A DNA stretch of 32,000 nucleotides. Origin: Halogeometricum borinquense DSM 11551 (GTDB taxonomy: Archaea; Halobacteriota; Halobacteria; Halobacteriales; Haloferacaceae). Positions 25,290-32,000 of the stretch are shown in pieces. The stretch lies in NCBI RefSeq assembly GCF_000172995.2, contig NC_014729.1, positions 2,788,545 through 2,820,544 on the forward strand, written 5' to 3'. How positions within the stretch are numbered: position 1 is the first letter of the stretch; each line of letters opens with the position of its first letter. The notes beneath the pieces are model-generated. The model was not told where the DNA came from. It ran no database searches and was given only the letters and a program-made list of their open reading frames with translations. A program made the position numbers and the translations under genes.

Positions 25290-25868
25290 ATGAGAACGAG
25301 TAACCCAAACACGACAGCAGAACACAAACCGAGCGTAACGAAAACAAAGAGACCGCCGAGACGGGCGGCTTGAATTCGGTCTTTGGGGGCGGCCTGATAT
25401 CCGAGTCTGCACGACAGTCCGCCGATCAGCGCACAAGGAAGAGTATCGTCAGTACGACGCCGTACGTCGCCCCCGAGGCGAAAAGCGTCGCTGTTCCACC
25501 GACACCGACGCGCTGTATCCGGTCTTCAGTCGCCGCTTGATACCCCCGAGCGAACAGGAAGATAGCGGCGAGAAGAGCAAGCGATCCGCCGGTAACGTAC
25601 AAGAGCGTGATCTCTTGGGCACGCGTGATGAGTCGATACCGTATGCCAACGAGAATGCGAACCGGAGCGCTGCGAACAGCATCCCACCGAGAGCGGTCAA
25701 CGCGACGTGGTTCGGTACCAACTCGGGAGTGGGTCCGGCTTCGACGGCAGCACGAAACCGCTCGGAGAAAACGAAGGGGAGCGTGGCCAGACCGGAAACC
25801 ATCCCGAGACCACTGCCGAAGACGACGTCGAAGATGAATTGGAAGACGAGGAAGTACGAGAACGACAT
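25286..25868 (-). pseudogene. Five-TM membrane-protein gene broken over three reading frames (two -1 shifts)
   Basis: Frame A runs from ATG 25868: MSFSYFLVFQFIFDVVFGSGLGMVSGLATLPFVF...HVALTALGGMLFAALRFAFSLAYGI. Frame B continues ...LITRAQEITLLYVTGGSLALLAAIFLFARGYQAATEDRIQRVGVGGTATLFASGATYGVVLTILFLVR* (stop 25426-25428). Frame C has no ATG/GTG/TTG: ...CALIGGLSCRLGYQAAPKDRIQAARLGGLFVFVTLGLCSAVVFGLLVLI* (stop 25286-25288). After each junction the previous frame becomes Arg/Ser-rich nonsense. Confidence 0.55.
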
Positions 25869-25892
25869 ACAGCGCGGTTAGTGTCAATAGGG

Positions 25893-25903
25893 TTTAATTA
25901 TTT
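25893..25903 (-). promoter_or_regulatory. TATA-like box for the split membrane-protein gene
   Basis: tttaattattt lies 25-35 nt upstream of ATG 25868 on the minus strand. Confidence 0.35.
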
Positions 25904-25968
25904 GGTCCGCTCGCATACACTCTTGTCTTGTCTGCTCGATGCCGTCCTGTTCTGTACCGCCTCCGCTG

Positions 25969-28023
25969 TCACCGACTCTCACTGCGTGTCTCGGCGCGGT
26001 GTTCGGAGATAATGCGGTCAACCATCTGCGACTGCTGTTCTTTCCGTCGTTCCTCTGCACGCCGTTCCCAGTCCTCGATGAGCGCCGAGACGTCGCTCTC
26101 GCGGGCGACAGCCAGTTCGTCTATCTCCTGCATCGTCACATTCTCCGCCGGGCCGACCGGAATCTCGTGTTCGAACAGTATCTCGTCGGCGGCGTCCGAG
26201 AGACCGCCGGTCCGAATAACGGCCCGCGGGTTCGTCTCCGCGAGGCGTTCGGCAGTCGAGTGCCCCGCACCGGAGGCATCGCGGAGATACACCACGTCGC
26301 CCGACGCCAGTCCGTACTCCTCGTCGGCGCGTTCGATAGCGTCCTTGGTGAACTGCTCGACCACCTTCACGGGGACGAGATTCTTGTTCGTGTTCACGTC
26401 CGCGAAGTTCGAGTGATCGAGTTTCCACAGGCGCTTGAGCCGTTCTATCTTTCCCGTGAGTTCCTCGTTTTCCTCACGGAGCGACTCCAGTTTCCGTTCG
26501 AGACGGTTGTTGTCGCGTTCGAGGCGTTGGACTTCGCGGCGCTCGCGCGCCTCGCGCCGTTCCTCACGCTTGGCCTCCGAAAGCTCCGTTTTGTACTCTT
26601 CGATGGTCTCGTCTTTCTCCGCGATAGTCGCTTCGAGACTCTCAGTGTGCGACTCAAGCCGCTCGACGCGGCGCTCTAACCGACGGATCTTCTTCTCCTC
26701 GTCGGTCAGTTCGCGCTCTTCGTGGGTCGATTCGTCGTCCTCGTCGCTCTCGTCATCACCAGTTATCTCGCGGAGGACGGCCTCAACCGACTCCTCGCCT
26801 GCGACGACGCGGGCGATGACCTCGCCGCGTTCGATGTTCGGCGGCACTTTCTGCGAGATGCGCTGGAACTGATCTTCGTGAGCGTCAAAGGCGAACAGAG
26901 CGGCGGCGAGTGCATCTCGTTCGTGGTCGTTTTCGTACCCCACATCGCGCGTTCGATGCAGTTTCTCGTCTACCGGGAGGTCAGTTTCTGGAATCCATGC
27001 CGCGGCGTCGAAACTCCGTCGGAACTTCTCGACCGTCTCGGGCATCGGTTCCACATCGGCGGCGACGATGACCGGTCGTCCGCGTTCGATGAGCCATTCG
27101 ATAACGTCGGCGGTGTCGGCGGTTCGCGTCGAGTGGACATCGAGTTTGTTGCCGTCCAAGTCCACGACGGCCGCCGCAGTAGTCGTGCCGGGGTCGATGC
27201 CGACGATAACGTGGTCCCGACGTTTGACGAGCGGTTCGAACTCGATACCGTCGCGGCGTTCGCGTTCGATTTCGACGCGCGTATCGCCCGAGCGTCCGCT
27301 GGAGACGGGGATGTCATCCGGCCGCCCTTCGACGGTAAAGATGGCGTTCGAGTAGCCGCCGTACTTCTCCGTCGCATCAACGTCGTACTCCAATCCCGCC
27401 TGCTTCAATCGGTCCGCGATCTCCCGACTCCGGCGCTTGACGGAGCCGTGAATACGACGAGTGTAACGATCCTGACTCCACCCGCCTTTCCCCGTCGAGC
27501 GGCCGCGCGACACTTTCACCGTCGTCGTGTTGGTGAAGGCAGACACCTCGTACCCGACGTTGACCGCCGCGAGTCGTGCCGCCGCCTCGGCCTCCTTCAT
27601 CGGCTTCTTGCCGTAGGGGACGCCGTGACGGGAGGCCACCCGCGAAAGAGGTTCGGGGCGCTCTGCGCCGGTTACCTGCACCAGTTTCGTCTCCGTGGGA
27701 AGCGAACGGAGAAAGTGGACGAGTTCGTCTTTGTCCGCGGCCAACTCGTACATGTTGTCCGTAGCGAGGATGGCCGGTTGCTCTCGTTCGACGAGTCGTC
27801 GTAGTTTCCGGTGCGAAACTACGTCTCGGTCGATGTTCTCACCGTCGAAGGCGACGACGGCGTAAGAGGGTGCGTCGCCGCGCACGTCCCCACTCTGGAT
27901 GTCCACACCGAAGACGAGGGAGTCGAGCGCGCTCGTCCGGTCGTTCACGAACGCCGCTTGGTCGCGTGTAGATATGAATCCCACGCCGCGTTGAATCGCC
28001 CAACGACCAGATTTGTCACTCAT
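25969..28023 (-). CDS. Conserved archaeal DUF460-type protein: RuvC/RNase-H-like domain + long coiled coil
   Basis: 684 aa. It contains VFGVDIQSGD..., HVIVGIDPGTTTAAAVVDLDG, PVIVAADVEP and DHERDALAAALFAF (RuvC-like D/E/D pattern by eye). About 130 aa of heptad-rich E/R/K/L sequence follow (RRLERRVERLESHTESLEATIAEKDETIEEYKTELSEAK...). The architecture matches my recollection of Pfam DUF460. Confidence 0.85.
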   Translation of the reverse strand: MSDKSGRWAIQRGVGFISTRDQAAFVNDRTSALDSLVFGVDIQSGDVRGDAPSYAVVAFDGENIDRDVVSHRKLRRLVEREQPAILATDNMYELAADKDELVHFLRSLPTETKLVQVTGAERPEPLSRVASRHGVPYGKKPMKEAEAAARLAAVNVGYEVSAFTNTTTVKVSRGRSTGKGGWSQDRYTRRIHGSVKRRSREIADRLKQAGLEYDVDATEKYGGYSNAIFTVEGRPDDIPVSSGRSGDTRVEIERERRDGIEFEPLVKRRDHVIVGIDPGTTTAAAVVDLDGNKLDVHSTRTADTADVIEWLIERGRPVIVAADVEPMPETVEKFRRSFDAAAWIPETDLPVDEKLHRTRDVGYENDHERDALAAALFAFDAHEDQFQRISQKVPPNIERGEVIARVVAGEESVEAVLREITGDDESDEDDESTHEERELTDEEKKIRRLERRVERLESHTESLEATIAEKDETIEEYKTELSEAKREERREARERREVQRLERDNNRLERKLESLREENEELTGKIERLKRLWKLDHSNFADVNTNKNLVPVKVVEQFTKDAIERADEEYGLASGDVVYLRDASGAGHSTAERLAETNPRAVIRTGGLSDAADEILFEHEIPVGPAENVTMQEIDELAVARESDVSALIEDWERRAEERRKEQQSQMVDRIISEHRAETRSESR

Positions 28024-28032
28024 ATCGGATAC

Positions 28033-28045
28033 GAAAATAACAAAT
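28033..28045 (+). promoter_or_regulatory. AT-rich TATA-like box in the 45-bp divergent gap
   Basis: gaaaataacaaat lies 24-36 nt upstream of GTG 28069. Confidence 0.3.
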
Positions 28046-28068
28046 CCTCTCGCAGTGAAGTTCCCCGC

Positions 28069-29058
28069 GTGAGTTCTGATATATCACCGCCCTCCACGTC
28101 ACCAAAGTCGCTGGCGCGGACGGCTCTGATCGCTGGTATCGCTGTTCTCCTCCTCGCAGCGCCGATCACGGGACTTCTCGCGTGGGAACCGGTCGAAGAG
28201 GGGAACGTAAAAGTCGTTAAAAAGTGGGGTGCGACGACGGGCGAAGTGTTCGAGCCCGGAGCACACTTCATCAACCCCATCTCACAGTCTACGGCATCGC
28301 TGTCGGTCCGCCCGCAGTCGTATACAATGTCCTCACAACAGGGCGAGGGCGAGCAAGCCCAACGCGACGACGCGATCACGGTCCTCACCGAGGACGGGCT
28401 TCGGACCGACATCGACGTGACCGTCCGCTACCGCGTTGACGCCTCAAAGTCCGTTTCGTTCTATCGCAGCTATCGAACACTCGAAACGGCCGAAAAGCGT
28501 CTGATTCGCCCGTCGATCCGATCTGTGCTTCGGACTGAAGCCGGTCGCCTCCCCGTCACGGAAATCTACACGGGCGAGGGGCAAACACAGCTGAAAAAGG
28601 CCGCAGAAAAGCAACTGTCTAAGGACTTCGCGGAAGCCGGTCTCATCCTCGAAGCCGTCCAGATTCGGAACGTCGAACTCCCCAAGCAGTACGCACAAGC
28701 CGTCGAGGAAAAGGAGATAACCGAGCAACGTCGCCAACAGAAGCAAGACGAACTCGCAGTCGAGAAACTAGAAGCCGACCGCAAGCGCATCGCCGCACAG
28801 GGTGAGGCCGACGCCAACCGCATCCTCTCGCAGTCGCTCGACCAGCGCATCCTGACGCAAAAGTACATCGACAAACTCGACCAGACCAATACGGTGTACA
28901 TCCCCGTCGGTGACAGCGGCTACCCGCAGTTCGTCCGCTCTATCGAACCCGGAGCGAACGCCGGTGATACCTCGAACATCACGGTGGACACCTCCAAGGC
29001 AGAGATCGAATCGAATACGTCGCTGAACCGCTCGACGGACGGCACCACGAACGACTGA
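28069..29058 (+). CDS. SPFH/band-7 (prohibitin-like) membrane protein
   Basis: N-terminal TM (ALIAGIAVLLLAAPITGLLAW), then VEEGNVKVVKKWG...ITVLTEDGLRTDIDVTVRYRV...LEAVQIRNVELPKQYAQAVEEKE...AQGEADANRIL. Start taken as GTG 28069, because the ORF-track start at 27811 overlaps the divergent DUF460 gene. Confidence 0.88.
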   Translation: MSSDISPPSTSPKSLARTALIAGIAVLLLAAPITGLLAWEPVEEGNVKVVKKWGATTGEVFEPGAHFINPISQSTASLSVRPQSYTMSSQQGEGEQAQRDDAITVLTEDGLRTDIDVTVRYRVDASKSVSFYRSYRTLETAEKRLIRPSIRSVLRTEAGRLPVTEIYTGEGQTQLKKAAEKQLSKDFAEAGLILEAVQIRNVELPKQYAQAVEEKEITEQRRQQKQDELAVEKLEADRKRIAAQGEADANRILSQSLDQRILTQKYIDKLDQTNTVYIPVGDSGYPQFVRSIEPGANAGDTSNITVDTSKAEIESNTSLNRSTDGTTND

Positions 29059-29062
29059 TCCC

Positions 29063-29404
29063 GTGCGCCTCCGAACCGAACTGATCGCCGCCGTCGCTCT
29101 GTTCGCCCTCCTCGGCGCACTCGCACGGACGCCAGCGGGACGGTTCGTCCTGCCACTCGTGAGTCTCGTCGTCCTCGCCGGGTTCGCGTACCTCATGACC
29201 CGCGACACTGCCTACACGCGAACAACGTTCGGCATCCGAACTCGACTCTTGGACTCGTCCGACGGCGGTGACCACGACTGCACCGAGTGTGGCGCGCCCG
29301 CGACGACGACACGCCGGTTCGTCCGTGAGTTTGTTCTGCTCGGTGTTCCGGTCCTCCTCTTGGACGACGGGCAGAACCGCTACTGCGACGACTGTCTACC
29401 ATAG
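29063..29404 (+). CDS. Two-TM membrane protein with a C-terminal CxxC...CxxC zinc-ribbon
   Basis: The GTG start lies 4 nt after the SPFH stop. Product: LIAAVALFALLGAL, VLPLVSLVVLAGFAYLM, then DCTECGAP...RYCDDCLP. Confidence 0.6.
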   Translation: MRLRTELIAAVALFALLGALARTPAGRFVLPLVSLVVLAGFAYLMTRDTAYTRTTFGIRTRLLDSSDGGDHDCTECGAPATTTRRFVREFVLLGVPVLLLDDGQNRYCDDCLP

Positions 29405-29511
29405 CGCCGGACACTTCGGTCGCCTCTTTCGGTTCGGTCCGGGGTAGTCCAGCCCAGTCCGGTTCAGACCGGTCCAGTCCGGTTCAGTCCACGTCCGCTT
29501 CACGCAGTCGC

Positions 29512-30384
29512 CTACAGTAACGACCCTTCTGCGACGAACTCGACTTCGCCACCGACGCGGACGCTCACCGCGACGCCGTCCTCGGCTTCGAGATGAAGCA
29601 CTGACGGCCGACCCATCTCGTAGCCCTGTTCGACGGAGACAGACACCTTATCGTCGCCGAAGTACCGGTACCGTGCGAGATAGCCCGCCAGACACCCGTT
29701 CGCGCTTCCGGTCGCCGGATCCTCGGGAACGTTGTATCCCGGCGAGAACATCCGTGCGGCGAGATGGTGGTCGTCCTCGCGCGGGTCCGCACAGAACGGA
29801 AACAGGTTCTCGACACCGACATCGTCCAACAGCGCGTCGTACGCCGGCAGATCGACGGCCGCCCGGCCGAGTGCATCGCGGTTGGAGAGCGGAATCATAA
29901 TGGCTGGAAGTCCGGTAGAGACGACCTGCACGGGCCACTCACGGTCGAGGTCGTCTTCCTTCAGTCCGAGGACTTGGGCGAGGCGTTCGTGATCGAGTTC
30001 CGCGCCGAACTCGGGCGGGTTCTGTGTCATCCAGTACGTCTGATCGTCGCCCGTGCCCCGTACCTCGACGGGTATCTCACCGACAGCGAGGTCTAGTACG
30101 ATTTCGTCGCCCGCGTCGAACCGCTCGCGGAGGACAGCCGCGGTCCCCAACGTTGGGTGCCCCGCGAACGGAACCTCCGCGTTCGGTGTGAAGATACGGA
30201 CCGGCCACGCGCCGTCCGCCGCGTCGCCCTCGATGAACGTCGTCTCCGAGTAGTTCATCTCCTGAGCGATGGCCTGCATCTCCTCGTCTGTGAGCGATGC
30301 AGCGTCCTCGATGACAGCGAGTTGGTTCCCCGCGTACCGCCGTTCCGCGAACACATCTACGATATGGAACCGGTTACCCGACAT
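29512..30384 (-). CDS. PhzF-family isomerase-like protein
   Basis: FHIVDVFAERRYAGNQLAVI...MNYSETTF...FAGHPTLGTA...PATGSANG. ATG at 30384. Confidence 0.9.
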   Translation of the reverse strand: MSGNRFHIVDVFAERRYAGNQLAVIEDAASLTDEEMQAIAQEMNYSETTFIEGDAADGAWPVRIFTPNAEVPFAGHPTLGTAAVLRERFDAGDEIVLDLAVGEIPVEVRGTGDDQTYWMTQNPPEFGAELDHERLAQVLGLKEDDLDREWPVQVVSTGLPAIMIPLSNRDALGRAAVDLPAYDALLDDVGVENLFPFCADPREDDHHLAARMFSPGYNVPEDPATGSANGCLAGYLARYRYFGDDKVSVSVEQGYEMGRPSVLHLEAEDGVAVSVRVGGEVEFVAEGSLL

Positions 30385-30456
30385 ACACAAGTCTGCGTCT
30401 GATTCCGAGAAAAGGCTACGGTGGGTATGACAAGAGATGTCAATCTGAGAGACTAC

Positions 30457-31392
30457 CTACTCGTCGGCGTCAGGGAACTGGATATCGATTTTCTGTCCGT
30501 CCTGTGGAACGAACGCCTCCCCGTCGAACGCCGCTTGCGCCTCGCGTTCGATGGGTGAGGCGTCTCCGGCGTACCGCGAGGAGATATGCGTCAGAGCGAG
30601 GCGACGGGCACCCGCACGGTTCGCAATTTCGGCCGCTTCGCGGCCTGTCGAGTGACCAGTTCCGTGCGCCCGTTCGGCCCGGTCCTCCGCGAACGTCGCG
30701 TCGTGAATCAACAGGTCCGGTTCGTCTACAACGTCCACGGTAGCATCTACGGGACGGGTGTCGCCGGTGTAGACGAGTCGGCGGCCGGGTCGCGGGTCAC
30801 CGACGACCTGTTCGGGGTGGATGACGGTGCCGTCTTCGAGTTCGACCGATTCGCCCTCGTGCAGGCGGCCGAAGTCGGGACCGACCGGAACGCCCAGTGC
30901 CTCCGCTTTCTCGCGGTTGAACCGACCCGGCCGGTCGTCTTCGACGAGAGCGAATCCCATCGACCGGACGTTTCGGTGGTCTGTCTCGAACGTCCGAACC
31001 TCGTAGCTGTCGCCCGAGAGCGCGACGTTTCCGGGTTTGACCTCGTGGATGTTGACGGGAAACGACGGCCGGTAGCCACCGGCGTTGACGAGGCTCTGAA
31101 GATGGCGTTTCGAACCCGGCGGCGCGTGGATGGCAATCGGTTCCTCGCGGTCGTTGAAATCCCACGTCTGAATCAGGCCGGGGATACCGAGGACGTGGTC
31201 GCCGTGAAGGTGCGTGACGAATAGGTGCGAGACAGTGAATCCGGTCCCGAAGCGCATCATCTGTCGCTGCGTTCCCTCACCACAGTCGAACAGCAGTCGC
31301 TCGCCGTCGCGGTTCACCAGAAATGCACTCGGGCCTCGTTCAGTCGTCGGCACCGCCCCGCCAGTCCCGAGGAACGTCACGCGCATCGACAT
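30457..31392 (-). CDS. rnz: Ribonuclease Z (tRNA 3' endonuclease)
   Basis: VTFLGTGGAVPT, LFDCGEGTQRQM, and HLFVTHLHGDHVLGIPGL (the HxHxDH motif), with a metallo-beta-lactamase fold. 311 aa. Confidence 0.93.
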   Translation of the reverse strand: MSMRVTFLGTGGAVPTTERGPSAFLVNRDGERLLFDCGEGTQRQMMRFGTGFTVSHLFVTHLHGDHVLGIPGLIQTWDFNDREEPIAIHAPPGSKRHLQSLVNAGGYRPSFPVNIHEVKPGNVALSGDSYEVRTFETDHRNVRSMGFALVEDDRPGRFNREKAEALGVPVGPDFGRLHEGESVELEDGTVIHPEQVVGDPRPGRRLVYTGDTRPVDATVDVVDEPDLLIHDATFAEDRAERAHGTGHSTGREAAEIANRAGARRLALTHISSRYAGDASPIEREAQAAFDGEAFVPQDGQKIDIQFPDADE

Positions 31393-31497
31393 ACTCCGAT
31401 TGAGTGGCGGCGGCGGTAAACCCGTGTCGAATCAACCGGGGGTTGCAGACGCGACGAGAGTACACACTATTTTGTGATTCAGATGATACTACTGCCC

Positions 31498-31989
31498 ATG
31501 AGCGAACGACGCCGAGACCACGACACCTCCAGTCAGTCGCCCGCGGGCGATGCCTCAGGAGGTGACAACCGGGACGACAACCTGGCGACCATCACTTCCA
31601 TCCTCGTCCTGTCTCTCGGAATCGGTCCGTTGCTCGGGTTCGTGCTTGGGTCGCTCTTGGTCACCCTTACCCTGTTTGCTGCCGGCCTCATCCTGTTGGC
31701 TATCGTCCTCGGAAGCCAATCCAAGGAACCGAACACGAAGACAGAGACGACTCGGGTTCCACCCGAGCCTGAGGGCCGTTCGCCTGGGGTCAAGCGCACT
31801 GCCGAACCCGAACACTCCGTTTCTGATTCCCTCAATCGACTCCGCGACCGGTACGCCCGCGGTGACCTCTCGGACGAACAGTTCGAGCGCAAACTGGAGG
31901 TACTGTTAGACACCCAGACACCCGAAAACGCCCGCGAACGAATCCGGCGCCGCCAGCGCGAACGCGAGTCCACCGAGACGGAGACGTAG
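31498..31989 (+). CDS. Membrane protein with a C-terminal SHOCT domain
   Basis: Two TM segments (ITSILVLSLGIGPLLGFVLGSLLVTLTLFAAGLILLAIVLG), then LRDRYARGDLSDEQFERKLEVLL (SHOCT signature). Start at ATG 31498, with ATG 31483 and GTG 31474 as alternatives. Confidence 0.7.
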   Translation: MSERRRDHDTSSQSPAGDASGGDNRDDNLATITSILVLSLGIGPLLGFVLGSLLVTLTLFAAGLILLAIVLGSQSKEPNTKTETTRVPPEPEGRSPGVKRTAEPEHSVSDSLNRLRDRYARGDLSDEQFERKLEVLLDTQTPENARERIRRRQRERESTETET

Positions 31990-32000
31990 GGTTTCTTACG

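Noticed and set aside
25286-25868. Programmed -1 ribosomal frameshifting as the explanation for the three-frame gene
   Set aside because: I found no X XXY YYZ slippery heptamer or obvious downstream stimulatory structure at either junction. Mutation or sequencing error is more parsimonious.
25939-27804. Plus-strand ORFs 25939..26679 and 26722..27804 (246 and 360 aa)
   Set aside because: They are antisense to the DUF460-type gene. The products are basic with low-complexity Arg/Val composition and have no motifs.
27811-28068. Long N-terminal extensions in the ORF track (27811..29058; also 4715..5464, 10507..11277, 20999..21904, 1090..2085, 13886..15022)
   Set aside because: The extensions overlap neighbouring genes or encode basic Arg-rich sequence unlike the acidic mature parts. 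Internal ATG/GTG starts with upstream AT-rich boxes fit better.
29455-29487. Short repeat CCAGTCCGGTTCAG x2 (period about 20) between the convergent Zn-ribbon and PhzF genes
   Set aside because: There are only two copies of a 13-14-mer in a GC-rich terminator spacer, it has weak hairpin potential, and nothing distinguishes it from chance or simple slippage.

Overview
High-GC window with an acidic predicted proteome, strong GC3 bias and AT-rich boxes about 25-35 nt upstream of start codons. This fits a haloarchaeal chromosome, Haloferacaceae-like. From memory only, the order lrp-glnA-PAP2-YihY-trm1-SWIM-propeller-prs resembles Haloferax volcanii HVO_0240..HVO_0233. About 38 protein genes are supportable, mostly core housekeeping: glnA with divergent lrp, trm1, rnz, prs, tsaC, ltaE, an M29 aminopeptidase, uracil-DNA glycosylase, and CNNM/CorC, PiT-like and CDF transporters. 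I found no rRNA, tRNA or CRISPR array, and no convincing multi-gene defence island. The left edge carries the 3' part of a tyrosine-recombinase (integrase) gene. It is followed by about 700 bp of ORF-free, compositionally odd DNA with a CTCAC/GTGAG motif swarm, G6-G9 tracts and an AT-rich block, probably the border of an integrated element lying upstream of the window. Other items worth a second look are: (1) a near-perfect 106-bp tandem triplication that re-copies the last 33 nt of the aminopeptidase gene plus a hairpin-forming downstream element; (2) a membrane-protein gene split over three reading frames by two -1 shifts; (3) a stand-alone Cas4-like Fe-S protein whose nuclease residues look substituted; (4) an uncharacterised DUF460-type RuvC-like/coiled-coil protein divergent from an SPFH plus zinc-ribbon membrane pair; (5) a cysteine-free redoxin-fold protein translationally coupled to a CPYC glutaredoxin; (6) a wHTH regulator with a Thr-rich region and a PGF-CTERM-like tail. 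All functions rest on by-eye motif recognition. No database search was run, and many start codons are uncertain because the ORF track uses ATG/GTG/TTG and the longest extension.
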